This document shows, one piece after another, positions 8,795 to 18,703 of a DNA stretch of 64,000 nucleotides (positions are counted from its first letter, which is position 1; each line of letters begins with the position of its first letter). The notes under the pieces were generated by a model that did not search any database, was not told the DNA's origin, and saw only the letters and a list, made by a program, of their open reading frames with translations. The position numbers were made by a program, and so were the translations under genes. The DNA lies in the sequence record SRR2962707_2549; one strand, 5' to 3'.

Positions 8795-10279
8795 CTACAA
8801 TAGAGATTGCAGTTTTTTTCGATCCAGCTTGCCATTCAAATTGTACGGCAAGCGCTCGACGACTTTGATAATTCTAGGGCGTCGGTCATGGGCGAGCATT
8901 TTCATACATAGCTCATGTAACGTGCGTTCATCACCATTTTTAGACACGATGACAGTTGCTATTTCCTGACCAAAGTCATCGTCATCAATACCGAATACTG
9001 CAACGTCGTCTATCATTGGGTGAGCGATTAGTATATTCTCTAACTCCTGCGGTGCGACATTGACGCCGCCGCGAACAATCATATCCCCTTCGCGTCCTGT
9101 GATTGTTAGAAAGCCGTCTTCGTCGATAAATCCGAAATCCCCCGGCGCTCCCCAATCATCACCCATACGTTCAGCATTACTAGCGGAATCGGGGTGCAAA
9201 ATCACTTTATCGGCCCGATATGGCGTGTAGACTTTGATGAGGCCGATTTGCGTTGGTCCAAGTGGCAACATAGACAACGGATCAACGATTTCAATTTTAA
9301 CGCCGCCAATAGCGGTGCCGGAAGTTGCAGGTTTCCTTAGCACATCTTCGCCCGATAAGAGACTGGTCGGCCCCGTAAGCGTCGACGAATACCCCATACA
9401 ATAGCCATTGCTTAAATATCGATAGGCATCTTGCTTATCTTCAATTGTCGCAGGTCCACCAATGCTGCGCAAAACCGTGAGTTCAGGAAAGAAAGGCTTA
9501 TCGCGCGGCCCAATTTCTTTGACCAGTTTTCTAACTATAGGGGGTGGGAAAGCGCAGGCCGATGGCCTCACTGACAACATGCTTTCGATTAGCTCACTCG
9601 TGCTAAATAAAGGTTTGCCAAAAATTACCAAATTTTCAAAAGCGAGGTAATTGAAAACCATTTGCCGCGTCGCAGAAAATGACATCGGCATAGGTGTAAA
9701 AAAGCGCCCCGTCGCAGAGGTTGTTTTGCTTCGTCGTGTTTTTATGCGCAATGCAATTTGGCGGTGTGATTGCGTATATGCTTTGGGAAACCCAGTTGTG
9801 CCTGATGATAGCGAAATAAAGGCTGGATACTGATCCAGTTCATCAGGTTTAGGGAACTCTCTTGAACCATCATCGACCCAATTTTTATCGCCGAGCCAAA
9901 TCAAACTTGGATAATTATCCACGCCGGCGGGGTGCCGGTTCTCGATAACTATTTTTGCCCCTGTTAACACACTAACAGCACTGCGCTGTGATGCAGGCGT
10001 TCTAAAATCAAGGATCACTGGCGTCGCACGTAAGTACCAACTGCCGATGACACAGCTTAGTACATCAACATGGTCGACGAGGCAGATAATCACGCAATCA
10101 CCGTTTTGAATACCTGATTTGGACATCATGCTTGCTGCGGATTGGGCGCGTTTTAGCAATTCGCTGCCGGTCATTTTTACTCCGTCAGCATCAATCACAA
10201 CCACTTCATCATGCCGCTTTTTCAAGCGTTCATATACAATAATTCCAAGCTGCGTTTGTGTTGTCGTATTTTCGCTCAT
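8795..10279 (-). CDS. Second class I adenylate-forming enzyme
   Basis: LSSGTTGFPK, PGD, GREGDMIVRGG and LPYNLNGKLDRK motifs; the YGxTE motif is degenerate (YSSTL). Confidence 0.88.
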   Translation of the reverse strand: MSENTTTQTQLGIIVYERLKKRHDEVVVIDADGVKMTGSELLKRAQSAASMMSKSGIQNGDCVIICLVDHVDVLSCVIGSWYLRATPVILDFRTPASQRSAVSVLTGAKIVIENRHPAGVDNYPSLIWLGDKNWVDDGSREFPKPDELDQYPAFISLSSGTTGFPKAYTQSHRQIALRIKTRRSKTTSATGRFFTPMPMSFSATRQMVFNYLAFENLVIFGKPLFSTSELIESMLSVRPSACAFPPPIVRKLVKEIGPRDKPFFPELTVLRSIGGPATIEDKQDAYRYLSNGYCMGYSSTLTGPTSLLSGEDVLRKPATSGTAIGGVKIEIVDPLSMLPLGPTQIGLIKVYTPYRADKVILHPDSASNAERMGDDWGAPGDFGFIDEDGFLTITGREGDMIVRGGVNVAPQELENILIAHPMIDDVAVFGIDDDDFGQEIATVIVSKNGDERTLHELCMKMLAHDRRPRIIKVVERLPYNLNGKLDRKKLQSLL

Positions 10280-10286
10280 GCAGATT

Positions 10287-11288
10287 TTAAACCGTCAAAA
10301 ATTGCGCAATTTCATCATCGATTAATTGCCGGTTTGCGTGCTGCCAGCCAAGATGTTTCCCCTCCACAACAACGGAGCGAACCGTTGAATCTTTAGGCAA
10401 ATTTTTAGTGTAATCCACCACAGATTGGCGCATTTCAGAACTGGCCAAAAACAAAATGTCGCAAGGATAAGGTTTTAATTCAAATGCGAGAAAAGCTCGC
10501 GCTAGCGCCTTTTTGAATTGCTCTCGGCGGATTTTTTTCCCAACGGACGTCTTATCAAGTGCCAAAAATTCCGCCGCTTTCAGCAGTTTTCTGTATTTGT
10601 TGTATTTTTTGTTGAACAGATCAGTGCGCGCCTTTGCGTCATCTGGATCTGAAAATGGGCTAACCCAACCCTTGCTCAGTAGTGGCGGATCAATAAGGAT
10701 AAGCCGAGGTTTTCTGCCCGTTCGTTCAAAATATTGTCGGCCCATTTCAAAAGCGATGAGCCCGCCAATGCAAATACCGCCAAAAACTTCAATGGAGGCA
10801 CCGTCTTCTGATGACACGGCATTGCGGTAGTTCTCAATAATCTTGTTCGGATCGACGAGAGGTATCTCTCCTTTATTTATGCCCCAACCGCGAATTGCCA
10901 ATATATTGGCTTTTGATCTGAATTTGGGTCCAAGCCGACTGACGAATAATGGGCTGCCTGACATGCCATGCACCATGGTCGCCGAAATGTTATGGGGATT
11001 GGAATCCAATTGCGTGACTATCTTCTTTAGCTTAGGCCCGTCTTGAAGTTTTGTGATCAACTGAGCTAATTCACTCGCTGAAGATGCACTGAGCAAAACA
11101 GAAGTCTGAAGTGGAACCTTGAATTCACTTTGCAGCGCCAGCGCAAGATTTTCCGCCATTAATGAATCGCCGCCGAGATCAAAAAAATTATCGTGCTCAC
11201 TGACAGAAGTCAGTCTCAGCTCTCTTTCAAAAATCCTGCAAATTTGTTCTTCAAGCGCGGAAGCCATAGTTTGTCCATTTGGGATCAT
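10287..11288 (-). CDS. Carrier protein (T)-thioesterase didomain
   Basis: N-terminal FFDLGGDSL motif; alpha/beta hydrolase with VHG, GICIGG, LIDPP and GKH. Confidence 0.82.
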   Translation of the reverse strand: MIPNGQTMASALEEQICRIFERELRLTSVSEHDNFFDLGGDSLMAENLALALQSEFKVPLQTSVLLSASSASELAQLITKLQDGPKLKKIVTQLDSNPHNISATMVHGMSGSPLFVSRLGPKFRSKANILAIRGWGINKGEIPLVDPNKIIENYRNAVSSEDGASIEVFGGICIGGLIAFEMGRQYFERTGRKPRLILIDPPLLSKGWVSPFSDPDDAKARTDLFNKKYNKYRKLLKAAEFLALDKTSVGKKIRREQFKKALARAFLAFELKPYPCDILFLASSEMRQSVVDYTKNLPKDSTVRSVVVEGKHLGWQHANRQLIDDEIAQFLTV

Positions 11289-11508
11289 TTACGTATTGAG
11301 TAGTTTATTCGTTAAATCGTAACATCAAGCAATAAAAATTGCACAATTTGAATGCAAATTCCCAAATTCATTGAACCTAGTCTGATTGAAGCAATAAGCT
11401 TCTGTTTATGGGCAATATTTTGCCACGCGGCAGCGCTAGTTAGAACTTCATTCTAAGACTGCGCTGCAAAAGCCCCCCATTATGCAAAAAATTCCAAAAG
11501 GGGCTGTT

Positions 11509-12519
11509 ATGTTCAATTTTAAGTCTACACTAAACACAGTTGCGGCCATTGCCGCCTCGATATTTTTAACATTGCCGGCAAATGCGCAGGATGAAATCGA
11601 GATCGGTTACATGCCAATCTTGCCCGTGTCTCAGCTTTTTGTTGGGCTGGAAGAGGGCTACGTCGAAGATCTGGGCGTCAAAATAAAACTCACCGAATTC
11701 CAAAATGGCCCTGCGATGGTGCAGGCTCTTTTGGCAGGCCAGCTCGACGTTGCTAATGTTGGTATTGGTCCAGCCATGGTGGCGCGGGCGCGCGGCGCGG
11801 ATATTAAAGTGGTAGCTTCCAGCATTGTTGAGCAGATCAGCATGTTAGCACTGGGCGATTTGGCGCCATATTTTGAAAATGATGATGCTGCAACCGCATT
11901 CTCTCGCTTTTCTGCTGACAAAGGCCGCAAGGCTGTTATTTCGACATTCCCTGTCGGGTCTGTGCCAGAAACCGTGTTGCAATATTGGTTGCGCAATGTT
12001 TTGGAAATCGATCCATCAGAAGTTGAGATTATTTATCAGGGCGCAGCGCAAGTACAGCAAGCGCTGCTCACGGGTGCTGTTGATGGTGCCGCGATTTTGG
12101 AACCAGCGGTCACAATCGTCAAAAGCAAGAGCGACAAAGTGCGCGTTGTCGCGAAGGGCGCAGAAATGTTCCCACGCCAGCCCGGCGCCATTCTTGCTGT
12201 GCGTGAAGGGTTGATTGAAAACCATCCGGAAATTGTTGCCAAACTTGTGGAATCACACGAAAAAGCTACACAAATCCTGAACAATGACCCTGCAAAAGCA
12301 GCGATTGCTGTGCAGAAATTCGTCGGTGGTGGACGCTTACCTGTTGCGCTCATCGAAAAGGCAATTGAAGGCTCAAAAGGTTCATTCGTTGCAGACCCGA
12401 ATTTCATTTTAGAAGGCACTCAAACCATGCATGACTTCCAAGCTGAAATCGGCACTTTGAAGCAGAAAGTGGACATCAACACATTGTTTGATACCTCGTT
12501 TTATGATGCCTTGAAATAA
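11509..12519 (+). CDS. Sulfonate/nitrate-type ABC transporter substrate-binding protein
   Basis: Signal peptide, IGYMP and FQNGPAMVQALLAGQLD (SsuA/NrtA-like). Confidence 0.85.
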   Translation: MFNFKSTLNTVAAIAASIFLTLPANAQDEIEIGYMPILPVSQLFVGLEEGYVEDLGVKIKLTEFQNGPAMVQALLAGQLDVANVGIGPAMVARARGADIKVVASSIVEQISMLALGDLAPYFENDDAATAFSRFSADKGRKAVISTFPVGSVPETVLQYWLRNVLEIDPSEVEIIYQGAAQVQQALLTGAVDGAAILEPAVTIVKSKSDKVRVVAKGAEMFPRQPGAILAVREGLIENHPEIVAKLVESHEKATQILNNDPAKAAIAVQKFVGGGRLPVALIEKAIEGSKGSFVADPNFILEGTQTMHDFQAEIGTLKQKVDINTLFDTSFYDALK

Positions 12520-12523
12520 ATCT

Positions 12524-13303
12524 ATGGCCAGAATGAATTCAATCTCGTCGCTACGCCGGCCAGTCTTAGGACTGACTGGCGTCGTGCTGTTTATCGTCCT
12601 GTGGAAGCTTTCACATGATTTGGAATGGTTTCGCTCTGGCACTATGCCCGATCCATTTTTGGTGCCGTCTGCCTTTATGGACGAGCTGAGAACAAACCGT
12701 TTATTTCCTGCAATTGGCTCAAGTTTGATCCATTATGTGTGGGGCCTTGGCTTGGGCGCATTGCTGGGTGTGACCGTGGGCGCAAGCGCGGCCACCGTCA
12801 GGTTTTTGGACGATCTACATTCTATTTTGGCCCGCATTTTGCGTCCTATACCGCCACTAGCTTGGGTGATTTTTGCCATTGCTTGGTTCCAAGTCAGCCA
12901 TGCGGGCGCGGCGTTCGTGATTGCAATTGGCGTCTTTTGGGTGAATTATTTTGCGACCTACAGCGCGGTGCGCGATGTTGATCCGCGCTATTATGAGTTA
13001 GCGCGGGCATTCGGCCAAAGCTCTTATTTCACCCAGCTGTTTAAAGTGACATTCCCCGCAGCGGCCCCTGGCACATTGGCCGGATTGCGCACCGGCGTTG
13101 GTCAAGCATGGATGACTTTGATTGCAGCTGAGCTTCTCGGCGTGCCCGGCATGGGCCAAGAAATGAATGCTGCGGCTGGTGTGGGTGCTTATGAGGCCGT
13201 TGTGGTATATATGCTTGCAATCTCAGTGGTCTATGCGATCTCTGACTTGTTTTTTGGTGCAATTGAAAAGTGGATTTTGCGTTGGCGCCCATCATCTCAA
13301 TAA
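12524..13303 (+). CDS. ABC transporter permease (SsuC/TauC-like)
   Basis: LRPIPPLAW, EAA-like loop and WMTLIAAEL. Confidence 0.88.
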   Translation: MARMNSISSLRRPVLGLTGVVLFIVLWKLSHDLEWFRSGTMPDPFLVPSAFMDELRTNRLFPAIGSSLIHYVWGLGLGALLGVTVGASAATVRFLDDLHSILARILRPIPPLAWVIFAIAWFQVSHAGAAFVIAIGVFWVNYFATYSAVRDVDPRYYELARAFGQSSYFTQLFKVTFPAAAPGTLAGLRTGVGQAWMTLIAAELLGVPGMGQEMNAAAGVGAYEAVVVYMLAISVVYAISDLFFGAIEKWILRWRPSSQ

Positions 13304-14019
13304 AAGACCTCGGTGTTCAATATGCCGATGCGGAGGAATGGACACTGCGCGGGGTTTCGCTGGACGTGAACCCGCGCGAATTTGTGGCGCTGGTCGGTGG
13401 CTCGGGCGTCGGCAAGTCTACGCTTTTGCGCGTTATTGCAGGGCTTTTGGAACCACAAGCTGGATCAATTGAAATAAATGGCACCCGCAAAAAGGGCGAG
13501 AGGCACCGTGCCTTGGTATTTCAAGATGGTCGTCTGCTGCCTTGGCGCACAGTGCGTGATAATATCAGTTTTGGCCTTGAAGGCTTGAAGCTTTCTAAGG
13601 AAGATGCCGATAAGCGGATTGATGATCTGCTGGAACTGACACAGTTGCAGGACTTTGCAGATCGCTGGCCACATCAGCTGTCAGGTGGGCAAGTGCAGCG
13701 CGTGGGCATCGCGCGGGCATTAGCCGTTAAGCCGTCAGTATTGTTGATGGACGAGCCATTCAGCGCGGTAGACGCGCTTACCCGAAAGTCGCTGCAAAAT
13801 GAGCTGATCCGTATTTGGCAACAAACCGAAACGGCGGTTGTTTTCATCACCCATGATATTGAAGAGGCGTTGTTTCTTGCCGACCGCGTGATCGTGCTCG
13901 GCGGCAAACCGGCGGGCATATTGTCTGAAACAACTGTTGAAGTGCCGCGCCCCCGCAACAGACTGGACGCAGATTTGCGAAGCAAAGCACAAGAACTGAT
14001 TGAAACGCTTGAAAACTAG
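13270..14019 (+). CDS. ABC transporter ATP-binding protein (SsuB/TauB-like)
   Basis: GGSGVGKST, LSGGQ, MDEPF and THD; exact start uncertain. Confidence 0.9.
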   Translation: MDFALAPIISIKDLGVQYADAEEWTLRGVSLDVNPREFVALVGGSGVGKSTLLRVIAGLLEPQAGSIEINGTRKKGERHRALVFQDGRLLPWRTVRDNISFGLEGLKLSKEDADKRIDDLLELTQLQDFADRWPHQLSGGQVQRVGIARALAVKPSVLLMDEPFSAVDALTRKSLQNELIRIWQQTETAVVFITHDIEEALFLADRVIVLGGKPAGILSETTVEVPRPRNRLDADLRSKAQELIETLEN

Positions 14020-14027
14020 GTGATGCC

Positions 14028-14324
14028 ATGACCGGACTTCTCATCCATGCCGCTACGCCGGACGCTTTAAAACGCGCATTGAGCAACGCCAAGAACTTCC
14101 GCTCTGCGCGGCCAGACGTGCCAGTCGAGATCATCGTCAATGGCCCCGGTGCAAAAGCAGCTTGCGCCATTGCCAGCGATCACCTGCCACCAAATCTGCT
14201 AATTTGTGAGAACAGTGTTAAAGCTCAGGAACTGACACTGCCTGAAAATGCCAAAACCATTCCCGCCGCCATTGTTTATTTGTACGATAAACAACAGGCG
14301 GGTTGGAGCTATGTCCGCGCCTGA
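14028..14324 (+). CDS. DsrE/DsrF-like small protein
   Basis: ALSNAKN, VEIIVNGPG, ICENS and Q.AGWSYVR pattern. Confidence 0.72.
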   Translation: MTGLLIHAATPDALKRALSNAKNFRSARPDVPVEIIVNGPGAKAACAIASDHLPPNLLICENSVKAQELTLPENAKTIPAAIVYLYDKQQAGWSYVRA

Positions 14325-14446
14325 CAGGTTTGAGCGTCAAACAAATTGGTTGATCTGGCTTCTGTTTTCTGTGAACACGGCTTTTTAATCAAACAATGAG
14401 CCGCCGTGATGGTTGGTTTTAAATTGATAGACCGCTCGGAGCGTCC

Positions 14447-15364
14447 ATGACCATCACTCATCTTATTACCCATTCTGGCGGCTTTCATGCTGATGAGTTG
14501 CTCTCTTCAGTTATTCTCACACATCTGTTTCCCGATGCTGAACTCAAGCGCACTCGCGACAAACAATTGCTGATCCCCGCACCAGAAAAAATCATCTACG
14601 ATGTGGGCGGCGACTATAATGCTGAAGCGCAGATTTTCGACCACCATCAACGCCCAAATCCTTTGCGCGAAGACGGCCAACCGTTCAGCTCCTTTGGCTT
14701 AATTTGGGCCCATTATGGGCGTCCATATTTGTTAGCATTGGATGTGCCTGCAAATGATATCGAAGCAATTCATTTGGCTTTTGATGCAAAGTTTGTTTTG
14801 CCAATCGATCTGTTGGACAATGGTGCGATAGAGCCATCTGCGGCGGGGCCTTTGTCCGTGTTGACGCTTCCCTCGCTTTTCGGGAGCCTAAAACCGGTGT
14901 TTGATAACAGTTCACCAACCGCTGATGATGATGCATTTTTTGCGGCTTTGCCCATCGCGCGCAGTTTCATCGAGGCGTTTATACGCAACTTGGCTGCAAA
15001 GTCTCGGGCGCAGGATATTGTCGCTGAGGCCATCGTCAAAGCGGGCACATCGCCGATCCTCGAATTGCCAATGGGCATGCCGTATCTGTCAGTCTTGGAA
15101 AAGGCGGGCGCTGATCACATCAAATTCATGGTCACGCCGCGCGGCGATGATTGGACGCTTAATGGTATCAAGCTAAACAATGAGACCTTTGAGCAACGCG
15201 CAGATTTACCTGCAGCTTGGGCCGGTCTAAGCGATGCGGCGCTGGAGGCAGCAAGCGGCGTTGAGGGCGCTAAATTTTGTCATAACGCCCGATTTATTGC
15301 AGTTGCTGATTCACGCGAAGCAATCCTCAAAATGGCAGATATTGCTGTCAAAGCGATTGTTTAA
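14447..15364 (+). CDS. MYG1 family protein (DHH-like nuclease/hydrolase)
   Basis: THSGGFHADE, DVGG, FDHHQ and FCHNARF motifs. Confidence 0.92.
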   Translation: MTITHLITHSGGFHADELLSSVILTHLFPDAELKRTRDKQLLIPAPEKIIYDVGGDYNAEAQIFDHHQRPNPLREDGQPFSSFGLIWAHYGRPYLLALDVPANDIEAIHLAFDAKFVLPIDLLDNGAIEPSAAGPLSVLTLPSLFGSLKPVFDNSSPTADDDAFFAALPIARSFIEAFIRNLAAKSRAQDIVAEAIVKAGTSPILELPMGMPYLSVLEKAGADHIKFMVTPRGDDWTLNGIKLNNETFEQRADLPAAWAGLSDAALEAASGVEGAKFCHNARFIAVADSREAILKMADIAVKAIV

Positions 15365-15421
15365 ACACATCTGGCTATTAAACATCATGTGCAATGTTAT
15401 TAAAAATCTGATTGGAAAAAC

Positions 15422-15844
15422 ATGCCCTCTGTAAACAAACAGACACCCAATTCATCGGAAACTTTATTTGATCATTTGGTGACACCAGGGATTATTCTTT
15501 TTACCGAGCGATTTTCCGAGTGTGTTGAATTTTACCGCGACAAACTTGGCCTGCCATTCTGGTTTGGAAAAGAAGGTCTGTGTTGCCTTCGTTTTGGCTC
15601 TGGCTATTTAATGGTCGAAAGCGGGGGCAGCGGAAAATCAAGTCGTAAGACAGTTCAAGAAAATCCAACCTGCCTTAGATTTAACGTGCCTGATGTCATA
15701 GCTGCGGCCAATCTGCTTGCGCTACAAAATATTGATGTGACGATCAATCGTTATGATTGGGGTACGACCGGATCTTTTCTAGACCCAGACGGCAATGTTT
15801 GTTCACTTAAAAATGCTGACGATTCAGATTTTGAGAAAAATTGA
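15422..15844 (+). CDS. VOC/glyoxalase family protein
   Basis: FYRDKLGL, DWG and DPDGN motifs. Confidence 0.82.
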   Translation: MPSVNKQTPNSSETLFDHLVTPGIILFTERFSECVEFYRDKLGLPFWFGKEGLCCLRFGSGYLMVESGGSGKSSRKTVQENPTCLRFNVPDVIAAANLLALQNIDVTINRYDWGTTGSFLDPDGNVCSLKNADDSDFEKN

Positions 15845-15871
15845 TGAAGCACTTTGCATCTAAGTTTCAGT

Positions 15872-16966
15872 TTATGCCGCTTTAAGCTTCTGTGATTGCA
15901 CCATTTGATCGCGTCCATTGTTTTTGGCTTGATAGAGGGCGTGATCGGCTTCACGGATTGCATTCCAATATTCTGTTTCTTGGGCCCAAAATTGCGCGAC
16001 GCCAGCACTGACTGTTAAGGGAAACTCTACGCCGTTGCTATGGATCGGCGTGGTTCTAACCGCCTGCAATATGCGTTTGGTAATGATTGAAGCCTGCTCC
16101 GCATTTGTATTTTTAAGGAACAACGCAAATTCTTCACCGCCAATACGGGCCGCAATATCGTTGGAACGGATATTGAGCTTCAATATTGCCGCGAAGGACA
16201 GCAAGGCTTTGTCGCCTCCATCATGTCCGTATCGATCGTTCACTGCTTTAAAGTGGTCGAGATCAAATACAATCACGCAAGTCATTTGATCTGAGTTTTG
16301 TGCATGGCGTTCAATTGCTAGCTCAAGCCCACGGCGGTTCAAAAGACCAGTTAATGAATCTGTGTTGGCAGCATGTTCCAGACTTCTTGCAGACTCGACG
16401 ATTTTCCGTTCGCGTTCAATCATCGTTCCCAGAACGAGTGACGAAACGATGAACGAAACAAGCATAATTGGATAGACACTCACCAAGAGTGTCATCGCGG
16501 TCTCAAGTGGAAGTAAAAATACCGCAGCGAATTGCAATGAAATAAGGGCGCCGCCCATTACGAGATGGTGAAGAGTTGGACGTCCTTTGCAGGGGCAAAT
16601 TCTAATCCAGAAATAGCCCAATGTCGCGGCCAAAAGAATACCAGCAACGCCAGCGATTGCGCCGTCACCGCCAATATAGAGGCGCGCCGCTGTCGCGGAA
16701 ATTGCAACAATAATGGCTGCTGGCAATCCACCAAATGCAGCGCCGAGGCCCACCATGATCGCACGGCCATCAATAAGGATACCATTTCCAAATTCGACAG
16801 GTGTTAGCATTGCGAAGATGGAAGTCGCAGAAAACAAGACGCCGATTAAAAGTGACTTATGCGCCGCTTTAAAGTTCGTGCGTATAATCGCTCCAAACAC
16901 GATGGCCGTGAGCGCCATAATTCCAGCGGACTGAATAAATGCAACAGTAATTTCTAATTCGAACAT
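15872..16966 (-). CDS. Membrane diguanylate cyclase (5TM-5TMR_LYT-like sensor + GGDEF)
   Basis: N-terminal TM helices with DGR; DLDHFK.VND.YGH and RIGGEEF. Start could alternatively be 16981. Confidence 0.9.
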   Translation of the reverse strand: MFELEITVAFIQSAGIMALTAIVFGAIIRTNFKAAHKSLLIGVLFSATSIFAMLTPVEFGNGILIDGRAIMVGLGAAFGGLPAAIIVAISATAARLYIGGDGAIAGVAGILLAATLGYFWIRICPCKGRPTLHHLVMGGALISLQFAAVFLLPLETAMTLLVSVYPIMLVSFIVSSLVLGTMIERERKIVESARSLEHAANTDSLTGLLNRRGLELAIERHAQNSDQMTCVIVFDLDHFKAVNDRYGHDGGDKALLSFAAILKLNIRSNDIAARIGGEEFALFLKNTNAEQASIITKRILQAVRTTPIHSNGVEFPLTVSAGVAQFWAQETEYWNAIREADHALYQAKNNGRDQMVQSQKLKAA

Positions 16967-17066
16967 CAATAGGGCCTTCAATTTTATTGAGCCATCATTG
17001 AATGTCTTAGGTTAATTTAACCTGTCGCTCGCTAATTCCTTAGGGCTAGGGTTAACAGTCAGTTAA

Positions 17067-17093
17067 GGGGTCAATCGAACGTAGATTGACCCC
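17067..17093 (-). terminator. Hairpin downstream of tctA
   Basis: GGGGTCAATC-N7-GATTGACCCC, perfect 10-bp stem. Confidence 0.6.
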
Positions 17094-17158
17094 TAAAGCA
17101 ATGCGTTTAGATGCATCATTCTGGAACAAATATTGTGTTGGCCCAAACCCATATATGT

Positions 17159-18694
17159 CTAGTCTGGATCCATCATTTCAGTATCTTTCGCCGCAAGTCG
17201 GGCTGGCCGCACGAAACGTCCCACAAGGATAGGTGCCACGAAGCCGATGATTGCGAAGCACCAAATGCCGATTGATAGAGGGCTATCGATGAGCGCCCAC
17301 CAATCGCCATCAGAAATCGTCAGTTCACGGCGCAAATTAGTCTCCATCAATTTGCCGAGCAATACGCCAAGGATAATAGGAACCAATGGCACCTCAGCCT
17401 TGCGGAACAACCAGCCCAAAATACCAAAGGCAATCATGATCAAAAGATCGAAGGTTGAGCCTGAAATACCGTAAATGCCGACGAACGAGATCATCGCCAC
17501 CGCAGGCATCAAATAGCGTGATGGAACTTGAAGAACGCGAACGAACAGTTTTACCAACGGCAAGTTTAGCGCCAGCAGCATCACGTTCGCGATGAAAAGC
17601 GCTGCGATTAGCCCCCAAACCACATCAGGGTTTTTCTGGAACAGCAGTGGGCCGGGGGTAATGTTGAGGGCAAGAAGTAGCGAAAGTAGCACTGCCGTCG
17701 TGCCCGACCCTGGTACGCCTAGTGCAAGCATTGGGACGAGGGCACCGCCAGCGGCTGCATTGTTGCCAGCTTCCGGCGCTGCAACGCCGCGCGGATCACC
17801 CTTGCCAAATGTGTCGCCTTTATTGGAAATTTTCTTTTCCACCGTATAGGCAAGGAACGATCCGAGCGAAGCGCCAGCGCCGGGCAAAATGCCTGCCAAA
17901 AAGCCAATCACAGTGCTTCGCGCCATTGCCGGAGTAACAGATGCTAACGTTTTGACTGAAGGCATTGTGCGTCCTAAAGGCACCTTTCGTGCATCAACGC
18001 CGCCACCGGAACGTTGTTCGAGGAAGATGAACACTTCAGAAAGGGCAAATAGGCCAACAATGACAACAAGGAAGTCGATGCCATCATAAAAATGAATATT
18101 GTTGAAGGAGAAACGCGCAACACCGGTCTGCTGATCAAGGCCGATCATCGCGATCAAGAGACCAATGCCCATGGCAAAAGCAGATTTCATCTGATTTTTG
18201 GCTGCAACGCCGCCGATGGTTGCAAAAGCAAGAGCAAATAGGGCGAAATATTCGGCTGGGCCAAACAGTAGGGCCACTTTAACCAACTGTGGGGCGAGGA
18301 ACACAAGACCCCAAGTGGCGAAGAATGCGCCCACGAAAGAAGCTATACCAGAGATCGCCAAAGCCTCTCCAGCACGGCCTGCTTTTGCCATGGGATAACC
18401 ATCAAGGCAGGTCATCATGGCAGGTTCGTCACCTGGAATGTTAATCAGGATCGAACTAATGCGGCCACCATACATAGCGCCATAATAAACAGAGGTTAAA
18501 AGAATTAGAGCAGGCGTTGCTGGCAAACCAAGAGAAAAAACAAGCGGTATGAGAATGGCAACACCGTTAGAAGGCCCAAGTCCGGGAAGTGCCCCGATTA
18601 TAGTGCCCAGAAAGCAGCCGATGGCTGCCAGCATTAGGTTCTGCAGTGTAAAGGCGATCCAGAAACCATCGCCGAGCGAGGAAAGAGCGTCCAT
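17159..18694 (-). CDS. tctA: TTT large permease
   Basis: GALPGLG, YYGAMYGG and APEAGNNA motifs. Confidence 0.92.
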   Translation of the reverse strand: MDALSSLGDGFWIAFTLQNLMLAAIGCFLGTIIGALPGLGPSNGVAILIPLVFSLGLPATPALILLTSVYYGAMYGGRISSILINIPGDEPAMMTCLDGYPMAKAGRAGEALAISGIASFVGAFFATWGLVFLAPQLVKVALLFGPAEYFALFALAFATIGGVAAKNQMKSAFAMGIGLLIAMIGLDQQTGVARFSFNNIHFYDGIDFLVVIVGLFALSEVFIFLEQRSGGGVDARKVPLGRTMPSVKTLASVTPAMARSTVIGFLAGILPGAGASLGSFLAYTVEKKISNKGDTFGKGDPRGVAAPEAGNNAAAGGALVPMLALGVPGSGTTAVLLSLLLALNITPGPLLFQKNPDVVWGLIAALFIANVMLLALNLPLVKLFVRVLQVPSRYLMPAVAMISFVGIYGISGSTFDLLIMIAFGILGWLFRKAEVPLVPIILGVLLGKLMETNLRRELTISDGDWWALIDSPLSIGIWCFAIIGFVAPILVGRFVRPARLAAKDTEMMDPD

Positions 18695-18703
18695 GTGCGT
18701 CTC

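Noticed and set aside
14447-15844. MYG1 nuclease plus VOC as a defence system
   Set aside because: Both are widespread families and no defence-type partner genes are nearby.
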